Of a stretch of DNA of 64,000 nt, positions 22,276 to 35,500 are shown one piece after another. The notes beneath the pieces are model-generated. The model ran no database searches and was not told the origin of the DNA. It saw nothing but the letters and a program-made list of their open reading frames with translations. Location of the stretch: assembly GCA_964199315.1 (NCBI GenBank), contig OZ116704.1, forward strand, positions 11,656,001-11,720,000, written 5' to 3'. Origin of the DNA: Orbicella franksi. Taxonomy: Eukaryota. Each line of letters starts with the position of its first letter. Position 1 is the first letter of the stretch. Both the position numbers and the translations under genes were made by a program.

Positions 22276-24544
22276 CAGTACTAATCTGAAGAAACCTAAC
22301 AGGGAACGCGTTTGTGAACGGGAACGGAACGGATAGAGAACGGGTACAAGAACGTGAATGGAACGGGTACAGAGCAGGTAAAGAATGGATACAGAACGGA
22401 TACCCAACGGAAATGGAACGGATACGGAATGGTTACGAATCACAAAAATGGAAAAAAGCGTTCTTCATAACGCAAACTATAAGAGAACGTGTTCTTCAGA
22501 ACACATGCTGGTAAGTTACACTATCAGGGTGCTTACCAAGGATTTGGAAACGATGTAACTTTAAATACACGTTTGTTCAATTTTTGTCCAGCCCAATGAT
22601 CTTGAGAAAATGACAGAACGAAGCATCCTATCTCTTTTTTTATTTCTTTTTACACGCACTAAGCAAGCATCTTCCCTCTATCTTCTTGTCCATTTCATGT
22701 TCATCGTGGCCATTTTGTTATTGTCAACAAGCTCAACTTATGTCCAAATAAGGAAATGGATGGACAAGTCGAGTTAGACTGGGATTGAAAGGTTTCCTTG
22801 TTAAGGACGGTGCCAACTTTTGTTAGTGCGCACACGTTCTGCGCATCACGCAAGGCAGGTTTAAGTGCCACGTGCGCGCTGGGGTTGACACTGACGCAAT
22901 CAACTACGCTACCAAGTACACGACTAAAATGAAAGCAAAGTTTTCCCACTGTGACTAAATCAAGTTTAATGAACCTGTACTTAAACCAGGAACACCAGAA
23001 TAACAGCATATCGCTGACCACTAACTATTAACGTCTTCCAGCTGAAAAACTAGCTGTCATCTGTCGCAAATTATGCTGAAATCCAACTGTAAACATATAC
23101 CTGCAGATGGCGTAGTGCGTGTGCAAGACAAGTTCGAGATATGCAAATGTTTTATTTACTGGGGAGGTGACAGGAAAATATGTAACGGGCACCGCAAAGG
23201 TTTTCAAAAAAGATCAATAACTTTAAAAAACGCGTGGCTACCCCTACATTTTATGTTATGAGATGGAAATGGCAAGCCTATTCAACACGTGATTAGTTTC
23301 TGGTTGTGAGCAAAAGGTATTTAGACTGTATTTTAGCTGAACCAGAGGAAGGCTGTCAGAGACCCTAAAAGTGCCGTTGCAACGATTTTGTTATTACAAA
23401 CCTACCCAAAATGGTTTTAATGTTACCATTTACCATGTAGTTTTAAGATCTTTATTAATGTGTTTGCTTTTCTGTCTGTAAAGGCGAATTCTGAGGAAAT
23501 CTGTGAAGAAATATCCTTTCTTTCTTTTTGCAGAAAAATGCTGATGTCAGCATTTTTGTTGAGATGCAAGGCTAATTATCTCGAAAAAATGAATGGCTAC
23601 CCCAATTTTTCTTCTGATATTCCAGTAACCTTTGCAAAGATCTACTTTTTCCGCGTGGTCCTAACCTGGCGCAAAAACCTTTGTATTTAGTAGGCACCAT
23701 CCTTAATTAAGAGAAACAAAACAAAACATCGATGTTTTGGTTCACTTTTATTACAGTGTTGTTCACCAACTTTGCGAAAGGATCGGTGAGGATAATGTTC
23801 AATCTTAACTGAGCATTCGCCTGAGAAAATAACATCACTAATAGTATCACAAAATGCTCCCTTTGGCTTTTTGTCAGTACTTTGCACCGCTTGCATCCTC
23901 CAGCCAAGTTTCTGCCGCATTCACCGAATAGTTTTCGCCGATACTTCAATGTTAAATCTCACTAAAAGTATTCGTGTAAATACAAGAGCCGAAAGTTCGT
24001 CTTTTGCTTGCATTGTTTTCATCGATGGCGTTAAAAGTGCTTGGCAAGCTGGTTCACTTCTTCCTTTCCTCGGGCATTCACACAGATTACTGGTTGCTTT
24101 GTCTCGTTTCGGAAAAGAACTTACTATTTAAAACTGGCCTTGAAGTTACAATACCATCTTCTCATATTTTTCGAGTAACTGGACTCATATTTTCACCACA
24201 AAAATTTAAGTTTACTGTCCGTATTCTCGCATAGAGGCGACAGTTTTAACCCATTTTATGAAATGCAAATGAGTGTCGCTAATCTTGTAAACGAGTTCTT
24301 GGAAACCTTGTTCCTCTGAATGAGTTCCAAGAACGCTTACCGATGGAACGCTCACAGAACAGGAACAAAACGGCACAGAACGGATACAGAACGGGAATGG
24401 AACAGATACAGAACAGTAACGGAACAGATACAGAACAGATATGGAATGGATACAGAATGGGAACAGGTGGCTGAACGCGTGTGGAACGGAAATAGAATGC
24501 GTTCAGTCAAGTGTTCCCTGTTAGGTTTCTTCTGATCAGTACTG
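22276..24544 (-). mobile_element. Defective Tc1/mariner-type DNA transposon
   Basis: TIRs cagtactaatctgaagaaacctaacagggaac / gttccctgttaggtttcttctgatcagtactg with a TA duplication (22274-75, 24545-46); the empty site actaaTAagcttt is seen in sister repeats. Transposase remnant about 24020-23720: DELSAL...RFNIEVSAKTIR*MRQKLGW...DVIFSGECSV, where VIFSDE-type catalytic Asp is mutated to Gly. Confidence 0.8.
22805..23702. mobile_element. Non-autonomous TTAA-target element (Kolobok-like) nested in the Tc1 element
   Basis: TTAA|ggacggtgccaact ... agtaggcaccatcc|TTAA. TTAA duplication with GG termini fits Kolobok better than piggyBac (established terminus rules). Confidence 0.7.
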
Positions 24545-25384
24545 TAAGCTTTCCCTTATTTGAGTTAGTGATGCCAATATAAATCAGAATAAATCTGCTT
24601 ACATTTCATAATTTCTCATTACAAGCTCTCATCTTGCTTACCTTTTTGCTGAACTGAAAACTTCCCTTTGAATTCAGTTGATCGCAGTCACCAAGAAGAT
24701 ACAGCTGTGATCTTCAAAAGGCGATGTGTTTCTACATGAAAATCAAAATGAAATCAATTCACCAACAATAACTTCGGTAACTAATAAGCTCTCCCTTATT
24801 TTAGTTAGCGATGCCAATAAATGTGCTGACACTTCATAATTTCTCATAACAAGCGCTAATCTTCCCTAGCTTTTTGCCGAACGGAAAACTTCTCAACTTC
24901 CCTTCAGTTGAAAATGTTTCCCTTCGATCGCAGACACCAAAAAGATACAGCTGTGATCCTCAAAAGGCAATGTGTTTCTGCATGAAGCAAAGAATATTGT
25001 CGTTAGATTGAGATAAAGTGTTTATGCAAGAAGAACGACTGATCCAACATGTCGTCTAGACAAGCTGTACAAAGTCACATGAAGTTGATAAATTATTCCT
25101 GACGGTGCTCTTTCTATTACCTGTGTTGTCAGTAACATAAATGCTTCTTGATAACTTTTTCTACTCTTAAAGAGTTACGAACCTCTGGGAATCTATTTTA
25201 GCATTGCTAGTACACTGACTGCCACTCCCCCGGCCCACTGGACTGAGGGTGTTTCTGCACAAATTTGTGATTGCGTATTGATCAGGAGATCAACAGCACT
25301 CGCCCGGAAACTGAATACAGTGAAACAGTTGTGTTATCATGAGATCAAAACCACTGTAATGCAAATCAACAAAACACTTGTCTA

Positions 25385-27018
25385 ACCACAGGCAGCCCAA
25401 GCTCTCTTTATGAACCACACAAGCAACACAACATGGCATCGAATTATAAGGGTTTATATGGGATTTTCTACAAGATATCCATGGAGGTGGTTAAAAGTGA
25501 AAATTCTCAATAAAAATGGCTTACCTTATTCCATACGTGTGTTGTTTGCTCCTGGTGTGATTATTTTACCGATTGAACTTGATTTAAGCGACTTTTTTGA
25601 ATTCCGATATTCCCTTTATAAAGAGAGGACAAGGCGAAACACCTCAGTCGGAACAGCCTGCCGAACGAAGTCAAAAATCCCAGGCTAAAATGTACCCACG
25701 GCCACAAATCCACCGCAGAATTCAAGGGCAAAGGTTGATCTTTCATTTCAATCCTCTAGCCACACAATTGCAGCCCTGCGAGCGACGCCAGGTGGCTCTT
25801 CGTGTCCCCAGTGAAACGATAAAACTATGGAAGAGCTCCGTGTCGTTTGATCCGCGACATAACGACCGTTGAAATCGGCTTGGTAACCTCGTCATGTTGG
25901 CAAACCAAGACTCGCGGGGGTACTAGACCGCAATTTGTCAAATTTGTCAAACGTAAGATCAACGGCGAAAGCTCCGTAGAAACTGAGGAGATCATTTTTG
26001 AAGTGGAAGTCATGGTAAGTTTTCACGTTTACGCACCATTGAGTTACTTGGTCCTCGCCTCACCAATTTAACTTCATCTCCCCATAATTCGTTAAGAATT
26101 CTCCCGAGCAAAAGAGAGTTCAATTTGCTTACGGCAATTTCTTTCTCTTCGTATGCTCTAGACAAAATTTTGCTGGCTTCCATTACAGTTTCCTCACAAT
26201 ATTCGTAATTCCACAATACCCTAAGAGAAGCAAATTTAGTTTATCAGCTCGGGAATATTTTATACAAACAAATCAAAGATGCATAAACGAGAAAACTTAC
26301 CACGACTTCCACTTCAAAAATGATTGTATCTCCTCAGTTTCTACGGAGCTTTCGCCGTTGATCTTAAGTTTCTTTGGTTTTGAAGCCATTTTGCAAAAGC
26401 GTTCTGTACGATTTTTATTTAGCATTGTAAATTTGACCTGATGGGATTACAAAAAGTTTAGTTGACAAATTGCGGTCTAGTACCCCCGCGAGTCTTGGTT
26501 TGCCAACATGACGAGGTTACCAAGCCGATTTCAACGGTCGTTATGTCGCGGATCAAACGACACGGAGCTCTTCCATAGTTTTATCGTTTCACTGGAGACA
26601 CGAAGAGCTGCCTGGCGTCGCTCGCAGGGCTGCAATTGTGTGGCTAGAGGATTGAAATGAAAGATCAACCTTTGCCCTTGAATTCTGCGGTGGATTTGTG
26701 GCCGTGGGCACATTTTAGCCTGAGATTTTTGACTTCGTTCGGCAGGCTGTTCTGACTGAGGTGTTTCACCTTGTCCTCTCTTTATAAAGGGAATATCGGA
26801 ATTCAAAAAAGTCGCTTAAATCAAGTTCAATCGGTAAAATAATCACACCAGGAGCAAACAACACACGTATGGAACAAGGTAAGCCATTTTTATTGAGAAT
26901 TTTCACTTTTAACTACCTCCAAGGATATCTTGTAGAAAATCCCATATAAATCCTTATAATTCGATGCCATATTGTGTTGCTTGTGTGGTTCATAGAGAGA
27001 GCTTGGGCTGCCTGTGGT
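25385..27018. mobile_element. 1.63-kb foldback element with inverted arms of about 650-745 bp, carrying a truncated spliced gene
   Basis: 25385-26040 is the reverse complement of about 26275-27018. Termini are ACCACAGGCAGCCCAAGC, CTA lies on both flanks, and copy B shows the empty site near 28365. Confidence 0.8.
26045..26389 (-). pseudogene. Truncated two-exon ORF inside the foldback element
   Basis: Exon 26389-26301 (MASKPKKLKINGESSVETEEIQSFLKWKSW), an 80-nt GTAAG..AG intron, then an exon from 26220 (VLWNYEYC...LGRILNELWGDEVKLVRRGP). Phases match; the ORF breaks at the inversion point. Confidence 0.55.
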
Positions 27019-29546
27019 CTAACGTGATGGGGCGTCATCTACATCAGACTTGATTCATACCAAGTGAACGAGGACTCGCATCAAACATTTTAAGAAAAAG
27101 GCCTTAGTTGCGGAAAAGGCTTTCAGTTTGTATCAGGAACCATAATACCTTTTCATAAACTAAGTTGTGAACATAATCATAACTTTGATCTGTTGAATCC
27201 ATTTGGAGTGTGCATTCTTTTGATTCATTATCCATTTTTGGATTCTAGAAAGCAAACGCAAAATTCCTTTCATGATTCTATAAAGTCTGGATTTTGTATT
27301 TTCTCCCCCAAACCCAAAAGCTCCCTTTCAAGCCAAATCAACAGGTCCATGGATCCTGGACGAACAGTTTATTAGTATTTCCGCTTTGTTAAGAAAGTAT
27401 GGTTTCAATTTCCATCATCTCTACTTTCGCTTTCAGATTTTCGTCCTTATCCAGCTCGTATTAATGTTGTTTTCGTGAATGACTGTTAAGTCAAAATCAA
27501 TTTACCAACAATAATTTCGGTAGCTAATGAGCTTTCCCTTATTTTAATTAGCGATGCCAATATAAATCAGAATAAATCTGCTTACGTTTCATAATTTCTC
27601 ATTACAAGCTCCGGTCCTGCTTACCTTTCTGCTGAACGGAAAACTTCCTTCGAATTGAGTTGAAAATGTTTCCCCTCGATCGCAGTCACCAAGAAGAGAC
27701 AGCTGTGATCCTCAAAAGACAATGTATTTCTGCATGAAAGTCAAAATGAAAACAATTTACCAACAATAATTTCGGGAACTAATAAGCTTTCCCTTATTTT
27801 AGTTGGCGATGCCAATAAATGTGCTTACGTTTCACAATTTCTCACAGCAAGCGCTCGGTCTTCCCTACCTTTTTGCTAAACGGAAAACTTCCCAACTTCC
27901 CTTCAGTTGAAAATGTTTCCCTTCGATCGCAAACACCAAAAAGATACAGCTGTGATCCTCAAAAGGCGATGTGTTTCTGCATGAAACAAAGAATATCGTC
28001 GTTGGATGGAGATAAAGTGTTTGCGCAAGAAGAACGAGTGATTCCACATGTCGTCTAGACAAGCGGTACGAAGTCATGAGAAGTTAGTAATTCCTGACTA
28101 TGCTTTTTCTTTTACCTGTGTTGTCGGTAACATAAACGCTTCTTGATAACTTTTTCTGCTCTTAAGGAGTTACGAACCTCTAGGAATCCCTTTTAGCATT
28201 GCTAGAACACTGACTCCCGCTCCCCGAACTCAACTGAGGGTGTTTCTGCACAAATTTGTGATTGCGTATTCATCACGAGATCAAAAGCACCCACCCCGAA
28301 ACGGTATACAATGAGACAATTGTATTATCACGAGATCAAAACTGCAAATCAACAAAACACTTGTCTGGCGTGATTGGGCGTCACCTACAAACAGACTTGA
28401 TTCATACCAAGTGGACTGAGGAGGACTCGCGTCAAAGGACCTTAGTTGCATGTGAAAATGGCTTTCGGGTTGTAGCCTGCGTTACAGACGTAAATTTACC
28501 CGCTGGTAACCCGCGATAGGTAGCGTGACTGACGCAAGGATTATATACCGCTAGGTATAAGCTCTTTTCTATTCCAGTATGTTAGTCGCGGCCTGCTCAT
28601 ACACCCTGGCTACGGCGGGGCACCTAAGAACCTTCGAGCCTGTTCATAGCCCATTGAAAAGAGGGACTGACCGATGCTGCCATTGGCAGGCGAGCAAACT
28701 TTAATTGTTTAATTATAGCGTGACATGTTTCGTGAAAAATGTCACACTCACGACCTAAACAAACCATAGACTGGCAATATGCATGATTAGGAAATATGAT
28801 GAGAAAATATATGTGATATCTGAAATAAAACAAACAGTTGTTGATTATGTTGTTTACAGTACCTCCACAACAAATCCCCCCACCCCTTCCTTGATCCCAC
28901 CTCCAACAAGGAAAGACAAAATGAGCCCTGTGAAGGCAGTTTTCTGTGGTTTATTTTATAGGATAATGTTCTTCCAACAAGACCATGTATAGTTGTCAGT
29001 GTTTATTCTGTCATATTAATATAGCCAAATGTCCATACCCTGCTCACAGAGAATTCTTGCTTGACCCCCTCCTGCTAGTCCCCACTCTGGTAGTCTCTTC
29101 CGCAGTTGTTCTTTTGGGATGTCTGCATGTGTGACATCCCAAAAACGGTTGCCAAGGAGACTACCACCCTGGTGGACATTCCACTTTAGCCTCTTACTTT
29201 TCTTTAAAAATATTGATGTTTGCAATCCCCCACCCCCTACCAATTTCAAATGACCTTCCATGGGGTGGGTATGGATATTTTCTGTAACTGCACATTCTGA
29301 CCTTTAATTGGTCATCCCAGACATTTGTTCGCAATTAAAAAAAATACTGTATCAAACAAACAAATCATCAAATTCTTATTAGTGATGCAAATTGCTATAA
29401 CATTTATTTCTGAAAATGTCTTGGACTGTATTGTACATGAAGACAGTATCATCCAGGTGATGACAATCGGTATTCTTGCTACGTGATCTACTTGGCAATG
29501 ACAATGATGTAAGCAAGAGAATTAAGACATCGATCGCTTCTGAAAT

Positions 29547-32500
29547 TCAGCATGGCACAGGATCATTTAAGTCTCCCCAGTGATGAACTTCATTTGTTCC
29601 CATTACACAGCTTCTGACCAATGGATCCATTCTTCCATCATACAAACCAAACACGCCTCCTACAAAGGGAAAATATTCATAATACAGTAAATGAACTTGT
29701 AGTTGAAAGGTTGAAATTTGAAGTAGAACAACAGAACTACATCTGGCAGACTTCAATTTTCATTACTGGCCAGGCAGTCTTCCAGATTAGGGGATCTCAG
29801 GTCAAAAACGTATCATGATTCAGTACCAGGCAAATGTAAGTCAACACTTGATACTCAGTACTTCCAAGAATCGAGTATTGAGTTCAGTCTCAATTTACTT
29901 GAAGTGCAACTCCATTCTCGATGCTCGATTCTTGCAAAATTAGACACACTGTAACATTCACGGTTGGCCTGTGTTTTATATATTAGAGAGAAACTGCAAG
30001 AATACACACAATTTAAAAGAAGACTTCAAAAACATTTATACAATGAGGAACATACAGCATAGCATGCAGTCATTGTTTCTGAGGGACTAAATATGAAACT
30101 TAAGGAAGAAAAGACGAATGTTAAAAGCCAAATGCAATGCTGCTGTAACGATACATTGATTCACCTGATTACTTCAGATCCTTGTAGAAGGTCACTCCAA
30201 AAGGCTTACTTTTTTTGTCTTCACCTATAGCAAGTAACTATTCAGCTTTTCCCGCACCGAAGTTTCAGCCTCTAAAGTACCCACTATCCTAAAGAAATTT
30301 TTCTCTTGACAGCCAGGCTGTCTTTATGTGACGTCATTCCGTCTGACTCGAAATTGGCGAGAAGGAGAAAAACCTGCAACTGACTTGGCATCAGCAAAAT
30401 CTATTTTTTTTTCAAATGATTATCCACTTCAGTATCTTCAATGGTATCATTTTAGAGTTTCAAGCATGTTTGGCTCAAAATAATATGGCTCAAGAGCAGC
30501 CACAACCAAGAGAGGTAGTTAAAACGCCTGTCAGAACCCATTTTGACAAAATCTAGGACAGAATGACGTCACAAAAACACGGCCTGGCTGCTCAGTACTA
30601 TTCAAAATGGTGGCAAAAATGTTCAAATTTTGGGCTTCTTTGGAAACAAATTTCATAAGAAAAACCTGCACTTTAGAAGCTGAAACTTCAGTGAGTGGCT
30701 AAAACTTAGTGCAAGGTTTTTATTAGCGTTCACAAAAAATATACGCTTTTTGGAGTGACCTTCTCCTTTAAAATAGCATTATTCCACTTATTACTTGCCG
30801 GTGTGAATGTAGAGTATTCTGTGTCCTTTAAATCTCCCAGGATTGTTTTTCATCTCATGAAGCATCCCTCTAATTGCCTTAATGTTGTACACAGGGTCCA
30901 CCATTATTCCTGTAGTACTGGAGATCTCTAGAATGCTCTCTGCACATCATAATTGATTGGATTAAAAAATTAGTGGCTGAGAGAATGCAGAACGACTGAA
31001 AGATTTTCAAGATTGGCCTTTCGCATACTGAAACATACAGTAATGTACAGAATCCCCTTGCAGGATGGCAACAGAATGCAACACCTCCAAAACAGTGACC
31101 TCAACCAGTGACAAGCAGGACTGTCCTTTGTTTGGGATGTCTCAGTGAATATCTTACCATACTGCAGTATGGTGGATTTTCTACCATTTGGCCATGATTA
31201 ATTTTTTGTAATTGACACATGTACACCCATGTTTCACAAAGAAATAGTGGTCAAAATTATGCAAGAAAAAAAATAATTTCTAGCTGATAGGTAATAAATT
31301 TTGGCCCAAGAGCTTAGGGGGCTAAGTCTCACAACCACGAAAAGTTAGAATGTAAAAGTGTAGTGACATATAAATGCATACATGTACATTGTGTAGTTCA
31401 GGTGCTGATCACCACTGGAGCCAATACATATACATGTGTAATGCTCAACAATGAAGGAGCTGTTATAACGAATTATGTTGAGAGACTACTCAGATCTTGA
31501 GTACATATGGAGTACATTGTGTGTATTTTCAAAAATGTCACAATATCTAAAAATAAAATCAGACATTTACCTAATTCTTCCTGAGAGGATATAGCATATC
31601 CTTTTCCCTTGTATCCTTCAATAATATCAATTATATCTTCTGCTTGGACGTCTAATCCTCCCATCCTTAGGTCCTCATTAATTTTGTCATAAAAATATGC
31701 TGCATTATCACACACATTTACAGCATGACACCTACATGCACAAGAGACAAAGTAAAGCCTGTCAGGTTCATAGCTATGTTTTATGTCAAAGTTGACCATC
31801 AAGAATAAAGTGTTTTGTCTTAGTGTCCAGTGACTAGTGTCCTGTTTCTACAACCATTGTGTAGTAAACTGTTTCTGACACACATGCACAAACTGTAGTG
31901 TCCAGTGTCTAGTTCTCAGTGTCTGGTGTTTAATTTTTTATGTCTAGTGTCTAGTGACCAATGTCTGTTGTAACGCTTCTGATATCTAGTGTCCAGTCCT
32001 CATGTCAAGTGCCATGGGTCTAATACCTGATGTCCCAACTGCCTAGGTCCGATGTCTAGTGTCTATCATACTAAATCTTCTATTGATTGAGTGGCTAGTG
32101 TGTAACATCTTAGGTCTACTTTCTAGAACCCGAACGTAGTGTCCAGTTTCCAGTGTCTAGTGTCTAACATTATGCACGTGAAGTGTCCATTGCCTAGTAT
32201 CTAGTAAATATACATTATACCTAATAAACTAGAAAGAAGGCTGAAGAAGGCTGAATAGCCGAAACGTTGTTGTATTAAAGCTGGAACAGTCAAGAGTTAG
32301 TCGTTATCCTCGTAGAGTTAGTCAAGAGTCAAGAGTCAAGAGTTAGTCTTCATCCTCACACAGATCTAATAAACTAGATATATATACATATAGCTAGCAT
32401 CCAGTGTCCCGGATGTGGTGTCTTGTGGCTTGTTGCAAATGTCTAATGCTTCCTAGCTAATGTCGTATATCTAATGTCTGTGGTGTCCAGTGTCCAGTAT

Positions 32501-35500
32501 GCTGGCATCCAGTGTCCAGTGTCTAGTGTCTCATGTCTCCTGTAGCCTGTTCCAGGCTCTCATTAGCTAGGGATGAGGTGAAAACGAGCGAGAGAAAAAA
32601 GCAGGGAGGACTAAGGCGAGGAGCGATAGAAGAGCCTGTAAGACTTTCTTTAACAACCCTCATCTGGTATAGCAGGAGCTACTATACCCTCTGATTGGTT
32701 GATTTTGACAGTACTTTAAACACTCTGTCAGTTCCCTCTTTTATTGTCAATCAGAAAGATGGTGAGCGTGGTCTGTCTTGGACGACTGTCTGCAAGATAT
32801 TCCCAATTTTCAAGTGCTAAGGGAGAAACAAGAATTTGCCTTGTAAAAGTTCCTCTTGGGAAAGAAGTTTCATTTTTCAGCTCTTCACCCGGAGTCCATG
32901 ACTGGCTAAGACTGCGATGAAATCAGAAATGTGAACAAAGCCAAACAATAACTTACAATGACATATACAGTACGCAAAACAATCACCAGACTTTCACGTA
33001 AACAGCTACCTTTGAATCATGTGGTGCCAGAACAAACAAAGGACGACTAATCCTATACTTTGAGCTCAAGAGACATAAGCTCGATCAGAGAGCTGCAAGA
33101 AACATAAGAAAGTCTCTAGACAAACACATAGCTTTCTCGAAGTAAAGGTATGGCGTCTCCAAAGAAAACCCACATGAGGACAAATAAAGCTAATAAATAT
33201 GATATCCGTGACAAGAATCACCATGACCTAAATACTTCTAATTAAACAGACGAACCCGTCACAATATAGAATGCAAGCATGCTCTCAGAAAATTTCATAT
33301 TTTGTCCATTGAAAGCAAATACATATATGTAATAATGTGGCATATCTTGCAATAGAAATGAACCTAAACACATAAAGCTAAAGCTAAGCACAGAACAAAT
33401 TACAGAGGTGTCAAACGCGGCGAAGCGACATGCAGATAACAGCGGGCAGACCTAGGACCTTTAAAAATTAGCTGTAGCACAGTCTAACGGCTCAACTCTA
33501 CTTAAAATTCCTTCTAATAATTTCAGAACATAAAGTGCCCTTCATAAACATGAGTGAAGCAAAGAAAGGTCGAGAGACCACAAAGAGAACAGCAAATGTA
33601 CAAATGTCACGAACCGCAGGAGTCATGTAGACCCAACAGAAAACATGCAGGCAATAGGAGAATGTTTCCAGCTAATTAAAAAGTTGACATTTTTAATTTT
33701 CGACACTTCATTAAATCACAGGTGGGCGGAGGAGGGTCGTTAAAGAAATTCTTACAGGCTCTCTCCCTTCCCTTCCTCGCCTTAGTCCTCCTTCATTTTT
33801 TCTCTCAGTCACCCTTTTGTTCGCTTGTCCCCAACTACCGAGAGCCCAGTTACCGAGAGCCTGCAACAGGCTATGTCTCCTGTGTCTTCTGTGTACAATT
33901 TAAGTAAAAATCTCACTTGAGTTTTGATCCTGTCAGGTAGTTAGCGATGGCAACTCCTGCTGCACTTCCCCCACTGCCAACTGTTATCACAATGTCATCA
34001 AAATTCTCCAATAGGTTCTGAAACATGCAAAAAATATGTTTTCAATTCCCCTTTTATTGCACAAACAAGGTTAATACGAGAAAACTGTTTCACATGTAGC
34101 TCCAAGAGGGTCAACCGTGCACTCTATATATTTTTTTCCTTTCTTAGTTCAATGCATAGTACGTTGGGTGTGCAGGTTTACGGTCCCAGGCGGAAGGCCT
34201 TCATCTTACACACAATTCATTGTTATACATTGTTGCAGTGGAGCAGCAGTAGAGCAGATAAGAACTTTGAAGACCATTTATTGGTGTGCAAATGTCAGAA
34301 TAAAACAAGATAAACTAAGCTTTCTGGTATCTACCTTAACATGCTAATATGGATACAACCATCCCCCCACCCCTGCCCCTTCTGGTACCAATTTTCCTTA
34401 CAGAACACTATAGCTTAAACACAAATAGCCAAGAAACAAGTTTTTAGGACAAATTCATTTAACTATTTGTGACTTCCTAACAATAGCCATGTACATGTAC
34501 ATGCAACAAGTTTGGCACTGTCAGTAGCGCACGCTACCATTGCCTGCCAGATGATGGCAGGCAATATTGATCACACATGTAAAAATGACACAAGTAACCC
34601 TAAGAAGAAACGAAAACCACTTCAGCACTTGAAAGGCGTTTAATCACTTTGGTATATGTAGCAATAGTTTCAAACTCCATTCAAACATGTGTTTGAACCT
34701 AGGGCCAAAAAATATGACAAAAAGTGCTATAAATAACCGGTTAAAGAGCTCTAATTTACTCTTGCTTTCTCGCACAAGATAAGTGGCATCACATGAGTGT
34801 GCGCTTAAATAAAGGGCATGCGCAATTTAATTCTCGTCCAAGGTTGTAAAAGCTAGTCTTTGATCGAGAATTGCTAAAAAAGCTACAGTACCATACAACC
34901 CATGATAAAATTTTCACATTTGATTTGTAGGGGTGAATCCAGTTTGGAGCCAAAATTTAAAAAAAATCTGTAGGACAGATTTTGAGCTATTTTTGATCTC
35001 ACATTTTCTTAGTTTACAGAAAATCTGTCCTAAAGATTTTTATTTTACTCTGCACGAATGTTAAATGAGAGCCAATTTTTTATTACTCAAATTTTGAGGT
35101 GGGGTCATACAAGTAGATTTTGAGAAAAACGTGATTTAACGTACTAGTGCCCAGTCTCTCCTTAGGTACTCGACAGTTCATTTTGGCCATTTGTTGATGC
35201 TGAATTGTTCAAGTTTCACATAGAATGGTAAAAGACTTCAGCAAACAGTAAATAGAGAAAGGAAAAACATCTTGGAACATTTTTGAAAAGAGTTAGAAGT
35301 TGGGCTGTTATAATCCATCAAAACTGTAGTAAGCCACCTTAAAAGCCTTTTAGTTACCTCTCAGGTAAAAGCTCTCCTAGTTAAAACCCCACGCAAAACC
35401 CCTTATGTGTACATATGAAGTTGTACCGTATAGTCAACAGAAATTCTTTCATTATTAATTACAGGTCATACATGTATCCAGAAACTTTTCGTCAGAGAAA

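Larger units (their letters stand above)
21891..28471. repeat. Two head-to-tail copies of a 1.34-kb unit: copy A (21891-27130) split by insertions, copy B (27131-28471) intact
   Basis: Segments 21891-22275, 24545-25384 and 27019-27130 match copy B collinearly. Confidence 0.8.
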
